The notes: a model not told the origin generated them from the sequence alone. DNA of 64,000 nt from Bacteroidales bacterium (GCA_024413595.1 JAKSUC010000003.1:12307-76306); one strand, 5' to 3'; positions 54,371-63,835 are shown, counted from the first letter of the stretch. Made by a program: numbers and translations.

Positions 54371-55786
54371 TTAATTTTTAGAATTATTATTATCGTTTTC
54401 TTCATTATATCTATATACTCCATAATATTTAGCATTTCGTAATACAGACCATATATAATCAGTTAGTTTAAAATCAATTAATTGACCATTGTATAGTGTA
54501 TTATTATTTGAGTCAACATAAAGAACTGCTATTGATTTATAATCTTTGTCGTAAACAACAATTCCTTTATTAAATGGAAGAGTGTCGTTTACAATAATGT
54601 TATTCATGCTAAATTGCAATTGATCAGGAGTTTGATTGGTTAAATCTATATATTTATTATCATTATAATATTTTTTTAGTTTTACTTGTAAATAAGCATT
54701 ACCTTCAATTTTTATAGCGTCCGAAGTGTTTTTTACATAAGGAGTTACTGTAACTAAAGTGTCTAATAATTTCCATTCATTTTCGTATTCTGACATTGAG
54801 TTGTTGTAAGATTGTTGCATTGAAGGACTTGTTATTAACTGAATAACACTTAATAATAAAGGTATTATAAAAAAACTATATAAAATAATATTTTTTTTCC
54901 GTCTATTATTTTTTAGATTAATTATTTGATTATTAAAAGTATTTAATAGATTTTTTACTTCGCTGTTTTCACCGTAAAAATTATTAAATTCAAAAACAAA
55001 CATTTGATAAATTGATAACGACTCTCTATAAGCTAATTGATTAATATAAACAGGACTATCACTAGCATATTTTGTGTTAACATCTTGTAATAAAATTCCA
55101 GTTACAATGTTTTGATATATAGAACCTTTGTTTATTATAAAGAAACTAAAAATCATTATAATAAATCCAAATGTTGTAATATTAATTTCATTAGTAGCTC
55201 TTCCTATAAAAAACAACCATAATGCAAAATAAATAGGAATAAGGTATAATCTAAATTTAATAATGTCAAAAATTCCAACTTTTGGAAGATTAATTAGTGA
55301 ATTGATTGATTTATTGATATTTTCAATTAATTTTTTAACAGCCAATTCGTTATTGTTGTGTAATACATGTTTACAAGCAGGGCAAATATTTGAAATTAAA
55401 GGGTAGGGGTGACCGCAATTTGGACAATTTGAAATATTGATACGTTCTGTTTCTGTATTTTCATTTTCTTGTTCAATAATTTTACCAGCGGTACCTAAAT
55501 TGTCTGAAATTTCAATATTTCTATTGCTTTGATATTTATGTGAACAATAAGGACATTCGTCAGCAATAATAGGAATTTGAGCTCCGCAGCTAGGACACGA
55601 TTTTAATAATTCTTTTGGACGATTTTTTAATACAATATCTAATCTTTGATTGATATAATAGTTAACTTCTTCTTCTGTACAACCTAATTTAATAGCTTCA
55701 TTTACAATAACAGAGCGTTCTTTATTTGTAATTGTAGCATCTTTTAGGGCAAGTTCAGTAAGTTTTATAATTTTATCAGGTATCAT
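54371..55786 (-). CDS. Hypothetical membrane protein with N-terminal TerB-like module and two CxxC-N11-CxxC zinc ribbons
   Basis: 471 aa. ITNKERSVIVNEAIKLGCTEEEVNYYI (TerB-like). CPSCGAQIPIIADECPYC and CPNCGHPYPLISNICPAC. Three hydrophobic segments, then a ~150-aa C-terminal domain. Asn-rich tail. Confidence 0.6.
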   Translation of the reverse strand: MIPDKIIKLTELALKDATITNKERSVIVNEAIKLGCTEEEVNYYINQRLDIVLKNRPKELLKSCPSCGAQIPIIADECPYCSHKYQSNRNIEISDNLGTAGKIIEQENENTETERINISNCPNCGHPYPLISNICPACKHVLHNNNELAVKKLIENINKSINSLINLPKVGIFDIIKFRLYLIPIYFALWLFFIGRATNEINITTFGFIIMIFSFFIINKGSIYQNIVTGILLQDVNTKYASDSPVYINQLAYRESLSIYQMFVFEFNNFYGENSEVKNLLNTFNNQIINLKNNRRKKNIILYSFFIIPLLLSVIQLITSPSMQQSYNNSMSEYENEWKLLDTLVTVTPYVKNTSDAIKIEGNAYLQVKLKKYYNDNKYIDLTNQTPDQLQFSMNNIIVNDTLPFNKGIVVYDKDYKSIAVLYVDSNNNTLYNGQLIDFKLTDYIWSVLRNAKYYGVYRYNEENDNNNSKN

Positions 55787-55794
55787 AGTTTTTT

Positions 55795-56934
55795 TTATTT
55801 TATGTAATCAAAAGTTAATCCGTTAAATTTTAAAGTATGAATTTCTTCATTTTCAGTGTTTTCTGAATTATGCTGGTGAATTTTAATATCTTTACCTTGA
55901 CGTGGAAGTTCTAAAAACATAAAATCGTCAGTTTTAGGAATATTATTATAAGGAGGATTTTTCATAGGTTCAAGTTTTTGATTTGTAGGATTGTAGAGGT
56001 ATGCAATACTTCCAATTTCTTCAAAATCTTTATAACCATTGTGTCCAGAGTCGGCAACACGAATTTTGTACCATTCAGAGTTTTCGTTAGATTGATCAAA
56101 ATAAATATTATCATGTTCGTATTTTCTATAACTTATAATAAACATTTTTTTTCCATCAGTACGATTCCAATAAACCCCGTAATATTCAATTATACCATCA
56201 CCTTCTTCAGCATAATTAAAAAATCCATTTACTTTGTCAAAAATAGGATCAGTTGACCATCCATATTCACCTTCTAAACCAGTTGCTTCTACAAAAGATT
56301 CTATGTTTATACCATTGTTAACTTTCAATGAATGATTAAGTTGATAAAAAATATTGGGGTATCCTGAATATTCATTATCAGTTTCTAATCCATGCATAAG
56401 AGTGTTAAGGCAAACATTGCATGCTTCTGTCCAACCTTCGTATTTGCCATCTTTTGTTTTTAAATAGATGTAATTATTTTTTAGTTTTATAGGTCTAAGA
56501 GTTACAGAATGACTAACTTCGTATTTGATAGCAGAAGAATTATCAGGTTTTTCTCGTAAAATTATGCCATCGTTTAAACTATTAAGTTTAAGAACAGAAT
56601 TGTGGATCCAATAACCAGATGTAGAACCTGAAAATTTTACTTCAAAATAACTAGTAGGTTTATCATTAGCGTCTTGCTCAAATTTGTAAACTTTACCATT
56701 TTTTATCCAAACCCACCCGTTGTTGTCTTCTTTCCCATCGGTTAATTCAAATCTGTATTCTGTTTGAGTAGGAATTTTATCAACAATGGCTCCACCAGCA
56801 CCATTTCTGATATTAGTAAAATCTCCGTCAGTGTCATAAATTTCAACTACACAACCGTTTGTATAGTTTTCATCTTGAGCCATAGAACATAAAGATAATG
56901 TTCCTAATGTTAAAGTTAATATTGTTTTTTTCAT
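55795..56934 (-). CDS. Hypothetical secreted protein with two SH3b-like segments
   Basis: 379 aa with signal peptide (LSLCSMAQ). FTNIRNGAGGAIVDKIP...NGWVWI and ILREKPDNSSAIKYEVS...YEGWTE resemble bacterial SH3 modules. The C-terminal half is unknown. First gene of the operon. Confidence 0.6.
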   Translation of the reverse strand: MKKTILTLTLGTLSLCSMAQDENYTNGCVVEIYDTDGDFTNIRNGAGGAIVDKIPTQTEYRFELTDGKEDNNGWVWIKNGKVYKFEQDANDKPTSYFEVKFSGSTSGYWIHNSVLKLNSLNDGIILREKPDNSSAIKYEVSHSVTLRPIKLKNNYIYLKTKDGKYEGWTEACNVCLNTLMHGLETDNEYSGYPNIFYQLNHSLKVNNGINIESFVEATGLEGEYGWSTDPIFDKVNGFFNYAEEGDGIIEYYGVYWNRTDGKKMFIISYRKYEHDNIYFDQSNENSEWYKIRVADSGHNGYKDFEEIGSIAYLYNPTNQKLEPMKNPPYNNIPKTDDFMFLELPRQGKDIKIHQHNSENTENEEIHTLKFNGLTFDYIK

Positions 56935-57284
56935 TATTTATAAGTTTAGTTTATTAATTTAGAATGTTACAAATATCTGTATTTTTTATGATTAATACAA
57001 GATTTTTATGCATTTGTATATATGATTATGTGTAAAATTAATTTATTTCAAAAATGATTCATAATAGTATATTTGTATATAAATATTAATGTATTCTTTA
57101 AAAAAATATTCATTTATTTTAAAACATTAGAAATTCCATTCCAAAAATAATTAATTGTTAAAAATACACTTAATCTGTTTAAAAAACTCATTTTTTGTTA
57201 ACGCATACTTAATATTTTTTGCTTGACATTGGCTGTAAAAAGTTTTTACTTTGCAACAAATTTCGGTAGAGTTTAGAAAATACT

Positions 57285-57312
57285 AATTAGTTCGGAATTT
57301 ATCGAACCAATT
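57285..57312. promoter_or_regulatory. Near-perfect palindrome AATTAGTTCG-N8-CGAACCAATT upstream of the MarR/GbsR-type regulator (candidate operator)
   Basis: 9 of 10 arm positions are complementary. It ends 27 nt before the ATG at 57339. Confidence 0.4.
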
Positions 57313-57338
57313 AACAAATTAAAACGTATTAAGAAGCG

Positions 57339-57845
57339 ATGGCAGAATTTATCACCGATAATGATAGAGTTTTAAGACAAAAAGAGCTTATAGAACATAT
57401 GGGTAGACTATTTTCTAAAAAAGGATTTCAAAGTTTACCAGGCAGAGTAATAGGTCTTCTTATCTTTTCAGATAAGGATGAATTTACTTTTGAAGAAATT
57501 ATCAATGAGTTACAAATTAGTAAAAGTAGTGCCAGTGTGGCAATAAATAGTCTTACTTTATTAAACAAAATAGAATATATCACACATTCTGGCGATCGAA
57601 GAAGATATTTTCGAATAAAACAATCTACATACAGTGAAATTATAGAAGATACACGAAAAAATATGGAGGAAATATATAATCTTGTTCGTGAAGGATTAGA
57701 ACTCAAACAAGATAAAAATTCTTCAACTTATAATTTTATGAGTAAATATATGAAAGTAAGTGAATATTGGATAAAACAGATTGAACAATTTGATACAATG
57801 TGCAAAAATGGAACATTCACCTTTGACGATAATAAAGAAAAATAA
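57339..57845 (+). CDS. MarR/GbsR-type winged-helix transcriptional regulator
   Basis: 168 aa. LPGRVIGLLIFSDKDEFTFEEIINELQISKSSASVAINSLTLLNKIEY...GDRRRYFRI. First gene ahead of the efflux operon. Confidence 0.65.
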   Translation: MAEFITDNDRVLRQKELIEHMGRLFSKKGFQSLPGRVIGLLIFSDKDEFTFEEIINELQISKSSASVAINSLTLLNKIEYITHSGDRRRYFRIKQSTYSEIIEDTRKNMEEIYNLVREGLELKQDKNSSTYNFMSKYMKVSEYWIKQIEQFDTMCKNGTFTFDDNKEK

Positions 57846-57852
57846 ACATAAA

Positions 57853-59178
57853 ATGAATTTAAAAAAAGTAGTTTTAATGCTATCAGCAATATTGGCTGTA
57901 AATATAACATCAGCTCAAATTGCTAACGATTCCGTAAGAACTGTTTCTGATACGGCATCACCTATACAATTAACCTTAGAATCAGCAAAACAATACGCTT
58001 TGGAACATAATCGTACAATGCAAACAGCTGATTTGAATATTAAAAAAGCCGAAAAAGCTAGATGGGAAGCTATTTCTAATATGTTAGTTAATGTTAGTGC
58101 TACTTTACAATATCAAAACATGTTAGGATATGAGATGAATTTTGGAGGACAATCAATAGAAATGCCCCCATCAGGAACACTTGGGATAACAGCTTCAGTA
58201 ACTATCAATGGTCAAATAATTGTTGGAGTGCAACTTTCTAAGATGGCCATTGAAATGCAACAACTTTCTCAATCTAACGATGAATTATCTGTAAAAGCAA
58301 ATGCAACAACAGCTTATCTTACAGTTTTGATTGCAGAAGAAAGTTATAAAATTTTAGAAGAAAGTAGAAATAATCTTGAAAAAACGTATCGTAGTATTGA
58401 GCAAATGGCACAAGTTGGTATGACAGAACAAACTGATGCTGACCAACTCAAAGTTCAACTTATGACAATGGACAATTCGTTGCGCTCTGCAAAACGTAAT
58501 ATTGAATTGGCTTATAATGCTTTACGATTGGTTTTAGGAACAGATGTAGATGCAAAAATAATTATTACAGAAAATCTTGACTATTATTTTGAAACACAAG
58601 ATGCTTCAATTGCTCTTGACGGTACATTTGATGTTAACAACAATACAAATATTAAATTGCTAGACAAAAATATAGAACTATCACAAAAACAAGTTACCCT
58701 AAAGAGATGGGCATACGCACCAACATTAACATTTGCTTATCAGTATTCAGGAAAAACATATTTTGGTAAAAAAGAAGGATTTAATATGCAACCTCCACAT
58801 ACTTTGGTAGCTACATTAAATATTCCTATTTTTTCAAGTGGAAACCGTTGGGCTGCAGTTCAACAAGCTAAAATAGATGTTGACATAGCACAAACACAAC
58901 GAGAACAAACAGTAGATCAATTGTTAGTTCAAGATGCACAATTAAGATATAATTTGTCTAATGCTCTTGAAACATATCAAACCAACAAAGAAACTGTAGA
59001 TTTGAACCAAAAAATATTTAAAAATTATTTACAAAAATATGAACAAGGCATGGTTTCAAGTACAGATTTGATTTCTATAAATAATACATTATTACAAGCA
59101 CAAGGCAATTATATTCAAAGTTTATATGATGTAATATCTGCACAAACTGCATTGTTACAACTATATAACACATTATAA
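57853..59178 (+). CDS. TolC-family outer-membrane efflux protein
   Basis: The track start TTG 57781 overlaps the regulator gene. ATG 57853 gives a signal peptide (MNLKKVVLMLSAILAVNITSAQ). Two-repeat OEP pattern of long helices. Confidence 0.85.
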   Translation: MNLKKVVLMLSAILAVNITSAQIANDSVRTVSDTASPIQLTLESAKQYALEHNRTMQTADLNIKKAEKARWEAISNMLVNVSATLQYQNMLGYEMNFGGQSIEMPPSGTLGITASVTINGQIIVGVQLSKMAIEMQQLSQSNDELSVKANATTAYLTVLIAEESYKILEESRNNLEKTYRSIEQMAQVGMTEQTDADQLKVQLMTMDNSLRSAKRNIELAYNALRLVLGTDVDAKIIITENLDYYFETQDASIALDGTFDVNNNTNIKLLDKNIELSQKQVTLKRWAYAPTLTFAYQYSGKTYFGKKEGFNMQPPHTLVATLNIPIFSSGNRWAAVQQAKIDVDIAQTQREQTVDQLLVQDAQLRYNLSNALETYQTNKETVDLNQKIFKNYLQKYEQGMVSSTDLISINNTLLQAQGNYIQSLYDVISAQTALLQLYNTL

Positions 59179-59190
59179 TAAGAAATTAAA

Positions 59191-60240
59191 GTGAATAAAA
59201 AAATGATAAAAAATCTCAAGTATTCAGTATTAGCTTTTGCAATGGCGTTAACATTGCCATCTTGCAGTAGCTCAGATTCTTCAAAATCAGGAAATGTTGA
59301 TTCTGTTAAATCAGAAGTGGTTGCAACCAAAAAACTACAAAGTGAAGATATTGTTAGAGTTCTTACTTTTTCAGCAGTACTAGAACCATACGAAAAAGTT
59401 TCTATTGCGCCTGCACTTCAAGGTCGTATTGTTAATATCAATGCAGAAGTTGGAGATCATGTTCAAAAAGGACAACTTCTTGCAAAAATGGATGAAGCTC
59501 AATATATTCAAGCAAAAGTAAATTTCGAAAATAAAAAAGTAGATTATAATCGTATCAAAGTTCTTAACGATAGTAATAATATTTCGAAACAAACTTTTGA
59601 TCAAACCAAAGCAGGTATTGAAGTTCTTGAAAGTCAATTAAAAAATCTTGAAACAAACACATATTTACGAGCTCCATTTGCAGGTGTTATTTCAGCAAAA
59701 AATTATGAACCAGGAGAATTGTTTGGAGGTCAAGCAATTTTTGAACTTGTTCAAATTTATAATCTTAAAGCATTAATTGAAATACCAGAAACTTATTTTC
59801 CATTAATAAAACAAGGTATGAAATTGAATATCAATTCAGAAACATATCCAGGAGAAACATTCCCTGCAACAATAGAAATTGTATATCCAACAATTGACTC
59901 AAAATCTCATACATTTTCATGTAAGATTAAAATTCCTAATGCAAAAGGAACTCTTCGTCCTGGTATGTATGTTAATACAACTCTTGAAATGGGGCATGAT
60001 CGTGCAATTATTGCTCCTTATGGTGCCGTTCAAAAACAACAAGGTGCAGAAGAACGTTTTGTATTCCTTAACGAAAATGGCAAAGCTAAACGTGTTGTTG
60101 TTAAATTTGGACAACGTTTTGATGATAATATCGAAATAATTGCTCCTGAAATTGTTGACGGAGTTGAAATGGTTATTCAAGGTGGTCAAAAACTACATGA
60201 AGGTACACCCATTGTTATTAAACAGCTAACAGCTGAATAA
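59191..60240 (+). CDS. RND efflux periplasmic adaptor (MFP/HlyD family), lipoprotein
   Basis: 349 aa. GTG start at 59191, with an alternative ATG at 59203. Lipobox LTLPSC. VSIAPALQGRIVNINAEVGDHVQKGQLLAKMD (lipoyl-like) ... YLRAPFAGVIS. Confidence 0.85.
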   Translation: MNKKMIKNLKYSVLAFAMALTLPSCSSSDSSKSGNVDSVKSEVVATKKLQSEDIVRVLTFSAVLEPYEKVSIAPALQGRIVNINAEVGDHVQKGQLLAKMDEAQYIQAKVNFENKKVDYNRIKVLNDSNNISKQTFDQTKAGIEVLESQLKNLETNTYLRAPFAGVISAKNYEPGELFGGQAIFELVQIYNLKALIEIPETYFPLIKQGMKLNINSETYPGETFPATIEIVYPTIDSKSHTFSCKIKIPNAKGTLRPGMYVNTTLEMGHDRAIIAPYGAVQKQQGAEERFVFLNENGKAKRVVVKFGQRFDDNIEIIAPEIVDGVEMVIQGGQKLHEGTPIVIKQLTAE

Positions 60241-60278
60241 TTGTGGTAAATATTTAGTAATAAATAAATTATAAGAAA

Positions 60279-63200
60279 ATGAGTATTTACAAAACGGCGA
60301 TAGAGAAACCTGTTACAACTGCGTTAATTTTTATAGCGCTGATTATTCTTGGTATTTTCTCGTTGGTTAAATTGCCGATAGACCAATATCCTGAAATTGA
60401 AGCTCCATACGTTTCGGTAATGACTTCTTATTCAGGTAATAGTAGTGAAATTGAAACTAATATTACAAAGTATATTGAAAACACTTTAAACTCTATTGAA
60501 GGACTTGACGAAATGACTTCTACTTCTAAAGATAATATTTCGTTAGTATCTTTAAAATTTCAATGGGGTTATAATATTGATGAGGCTGTTAACGATATTC
60601 GTTCTGCCTTAGACATGGTAACAACTTCTTTACCTGATGGATGTTCGCGTCCTATGGTGTTTAAATTCAACACTAGTATGATGCCTATTTTGATGTACGC
60701 TATCACTGCTGAAGAAAGTTATCAAGGTCTAGAAAAAATTCTTACAGATAATGTTACCAACGTTTTAAACCGTGTTGATGGTATTGGTAACTTGTCTATT
60801 TCTGGTGCTCCAGAACGTTATGTTTACGTTGATGTTGACCAAGAAAAAATTGATGCTTTTGGAATTTCTCTAGAAACTGTGGCTAATGCTGTTTCTAGCA
60901 ACAATATGGACTTAGCTTCTGGTTCTATCAAAGTTGGTAAAGAACAATATCAACTTCGTGTTAAGAGTGAATATGTTGAAAGTTCTGAAATTAACAACAT
61001 TGTTGTTACAACAACACCTCAAGGCAAAAAAGTTTTTGTTAAAGATATTGCAGTTGTTAAAGATACAATCAAAGATTTAACTCTTGATGAAAAAATCAAA
61101 GGTAAAGACGGATGTCGTTTAATTATTATGAAACAAACTGGTGCTAATACTGCTCAAGTTTGTGCTGACGTTCAAAAAATGTTAGTCGAAGAAATTATTC
61201 CAACACTTCCTCCTGATATCAAATTTCAATTAATCAACGATAGTTCTGACGTTATCAGAAGTTCTGTTAATGGTTTGGCAGAAAGTATTTTCTACGCTTT
61301 GTTGTTTGTGGTTTTAGTTGTGTTGTTCTTCTTAGGACAATGGCGTGCCTCAATCATCATTGGTGTTTGTATCCCGATTTCTTTGGTGGTTTCGTTTATT
61401 TATTTGTTAGCTACAGGTAGTTCTTTAAACGTAATTTCGCTTTCGTCTTTAACTGTTGCTATTGGTATGGTTGTGGACGATGCTATTGTGGTTTTGGAAA
61501 ATATTGATAAACACTTACAACGTGGTTCTTCGCCTCGTGAAGCTGCAATTTATGCAACAAACGAAGTTTGGGTTTCGGTTATTGCAACCACTTTAGTTAT
61601 TGTTGCTGTGTTTGTTCCGTTAACTATGTTAACTGGTATGGCGGGTATATTGTTTAAAGAATTAGGATGGATTGTTACAATTTGTGTTTGTACCTCTACT
61701 ACTGTGGCTATTTCTTTAACTCCTATGATGGCTTCTAAAATGATGAAAACTAGAGATGTTATCATGGAAAAACTAGGTAAAGGAAAAACCAAACAAGAAG
61801 GCGCAATTTCTAAACTTTATAAAAGAACAGTTATCAAAGGTCTTGACTGGCTCGACGATAAATATGCAATGGTATTACGTTGGTGTTTAAAACACAAAGC
61901 AATTACAATTCTTTCTATTGTAATATTCTTTGGTATTTCGTTAATTCCATTAGCTATGGACAAAATTGGTATGGACTTTATGCCAGTTTCTGACCAAGGT
62001 CGTTTAACTGTAAACTTTGAACTTCAACGTGGTACACGTATTGAAGAGTCTGCAAAAATAGCTCGTGAAATTGAAAAAGAGATGGTTAAAAACAATCCTG
62101 AAATCATTATGTTCTCTACAACAATGGGTAGTAACGATGATGCTGGTTTAACTTCTCTTATGAGTAGTACTTCTAACTACAAAGGTCAGATGAACATTCG
62201 TACAACCAAAAAATACGAACGTGAAACTACAATTCAAGACATTGCTAAACGTATTAGAACTCAATTAGAAAATACTCCTGAAGTTACCACATTCCAAGTT
62301 TCTACAAGTTCTGGTGGTGGTGGTATGGGTAGCAACTCTGTTGATGTTGAAATTTATGGATATGATTTTGACGTAACAAGTAATCTAGCTCAACAATATG
62401 CTGATATGTTAAGAACAGTTGAAGGTGCTAAAGATATTAAAATTAGCCGTGAAGCCGATCGTGCTGAACTTCAAATTGTTTTTGACAAAGAAAAATTATC
62501 TTCTCATGGTTTAACTTCTTCGGCAGTAGCTGCTTATGTAAGATACAGAATTTACGGTTACACTGCTGGTTACTTAAAAGAAGATGGAGATGAATATGAC
62601 ATTCGTGTTCGTCTTAAAGAAGATAACAGAAATTCTTTAACAAAACTAGAAGAACTTACAATTCCTACTGCAACTGGAAATGTAAAAATTAAAGAGCTTG
62701 CTGAAATCAAAGAATATTGGTGTCCTCCTACTATTGAACGTAAGAGTCGTCAACGTATCGTTACAATTAGTGTTACTCCTGTTGATGTGTCTTTGTCAGA
62801 ATTGGCTGAAAACATTCAAACTCGTATCGATGGCGTTAAACTTCCAGAAGGTGTTAAAGTTGTTCTTGCGGGTGACTACAAAGAACAACAAGAGTCTTTC
62901 TCTGATATGGCAATGTTGTTTGCCTTAATAGTTTTGTTGGTTTACGTTGTGATGGCTTCTCAGTTTGAGTCGCTTTCTAAACCATTCATTATTATGATGA
63001 GTATTCCGTTTGCTTTCTCTGGAGTTATTTTCGCTCTATTGATTACGGGTGCTACTCTTAATATTATTGGTGCGTTAGGTGTTATTCTTTTGGTCGGTAT
63101 CGTTGTTAAAAACGGTATTGTGCTTATCGACTATATCAACCTTATGCGTGACCGTGATTATGAACTTAACGAAGCTATTGCATTATCAGGAAAAAGTCGT

Positions 63201-63491
63201 TTACGCCCTGTATTAATGACTGCTGCTACCACTATTCTTGGTATGATACCTATGGCGTTGAGTACTAGTGAAGGTAGTGAAATGTGGGTTTCAATGGGTA
63301 TTGTAGTTATCGGTGGTTTAACTGTTTCTACAATTATCACTTTGTTAATTGTTCCTGTGCTTTACGCTATTTTCTCTAAACACGGTGAACGTGATAATGA
63401 AACTCAACTTCGTAAAAATTTCATATTCTTTGATATGGCTGACGACGTTGTTTTCGATAGTCGTAAACCTATCGAAGAACATAATGATTAA
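60279..63491 (+). CDS. RND-family efflux transporter permease (AcrB/CzcA-type)
   Basis: 1070 aa. 12-TM, two-large-loop organisation. VVDDAIVVLENI and GIVVKNGIVLIDY motifs. Confidence 0.93.
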   Translation: MSIYKTAIEKPVTTALIFIALIILGIFSLVKLPIDQYPEIEAPYVSVMTSYSGNSSEIETNITKYIENTLNSIEGLDEMTSTSKDNISLVSLKFQWGYNIDEAVNDIRSALDMVTTSLPDGCSRPMVFKFNTSMMPILMYAITAEESYQGLEKILTDNVTNVLNRVDGIGNLSISGAPERYVYVDVDQEKIDAFGISLETVANAVSSNNMDLASGSIKVGKEQYQLRVKSEYVESSEINNIVVTTTPQGKKVFVKDIAVVKDTIKDLTLDEKIKGKDGCRLIIMKQTGANTAQVCADVQKMLVEEIIPTLPPDIKFQLINDSSDVIRSSVNGLAESIFYALLFVVLVVLFFLGQWRASIIIGVCIPISLVVSFIYLLATGSSLNVISLSSLTVAIGMVVDDAIVVLENIDKHLQRGSSPREAAIYATNEVWVSVIATTLVIVAVFVPLTMLTGMAGILFKELGWIVTICVCTSTTVAISLTPMMASKMMKTRDVIMEKLGKGKTKQEGAISKLYKRTVIKGLDWLDDKYAMVLRWCLKHKAITILSIVIFFGISLIPLAMDKIGMDFMPVSDQGRLTVNFELQRGTRIEESAKIAREIEKEMVKNNPEIIMFSTTMGSNDDAGLTSLMSSTSNYKGQMNIRTTKKYERETTIQDIAKRIRTQLENTPEVTTFQVSTSSGGGGMGSNSVDVEIYGYDFDVTSNLAQQYADMLRTVEGAKDIKISREADRAELQIVFDKEKLSSHGLTSSAVAAYVRYRIYGYTAGYLKEDGDEYDIRVRLKEDNRNSLTKLEELTIPTATGNVKIKELAEIKEYWCPPTIERKSRQRIVTISVTPVDVSLSELAENIQTRIDGVKLPEGVKVVLAGDYKEQQESFSDMAMLFALIVLLVYVVMASQFESLSKPFIIMMSIPFAFSGVIFALLITGATLNIIGALGVILLVGIVVKNGIVLIDYINLMRDRDYELNEAIALSGKSRLRPVLMTAATTILGMIPMALSTSEGSEMWVSMGIVVIGGLTVSTIITLLIVPVLYAIFSKHGERDNETQLRKNFIFFDMADDVVFDSRKPIEEHND

Positions 63492-63520
63492 TTATTAATG
63501 AATTTTTAAATTATCTAAAT

Positions 63521-63814
63521 ATGAAAGCAGTTTTCATAGCATTCAACCAAGGAAATACCGAGCGTATGGAATATTTGCTCGATAGATTAGAAATTAGAGG
63601 ATATACAATGTGGGAACAAGTTCATGGTCGTGGCACTAACGATGGTGAACCTCGTCATGGTTCGCACACTTGGCCTGAAATGAACAACTCTATGTTAGTT
63701 GTGGTTGAAGATGAGAAAGTTCCTGAATTATTAGCTAAACTTCGTCTTTTAGATCATCGTAATCTAGAAATGGGAGTTCGTGCTTTTGTATGGAACATTG
63801 AACAGACCGTGTAA
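63521..63814 (+). CDS. Small PII-fold-like protein associated with the RND pump
   Basis: 97 aa, no signal peptide. Beta-alpha-beta pattern (KAVFIAF...LLDRLEIRGYTMWEQVHGRG...MLVVVEDEKVPELLAKL...GVRAFVWNIE). From memory, similar small proteins follow RND genes in Porphyromonas/Bacteroides. Not verified. Confidence 0.45.
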   Translation: MKAVFIAFNQGNTERMEYLLDRLEIRGYTMWEQVHGRGTNDGEPRHGSHTWPEMNNSMLVVVEDEKVPELLAKLRLLDHRNLEMGVRAFVWNIEQTV

Positions 63815-63835
63815 AGTTATCATTTATAGTTATTA

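Noticed and set aside
50251-57338. Integrative mobile element (integrase, transposase, tRNA target, terminal inverted repeats)
   Set aside because: None of the ORFs has recombinase or transposase motifs, and no tRNA gene is present. The direct repeats at 52824 and 53233 are internal, not flanking the block. The region is therefore called accessory/AT-rich only, not a mobile element.
1707-63340. The many 60-140-aa ORFs in the track that lie inside or antisense to large genes. Examples: 2464..2763, 5477..5851, 7109..7504, 15037..15387, 31249..31584, 33701..34003, 35543..35890, 40430..40777, 41456..41878, 46404..46793, 52289..52525, 52589..52825, 55978..56256, 57428..57706, 59917..60189, 61550..61792
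   Set aside because: Each is fully overlapped by a longer ORF with clear family motifs. Their products are Leu/Ile/Phe/Lys-rich strings typical of non-coding frames in low-GC DNA. No independent support exists.
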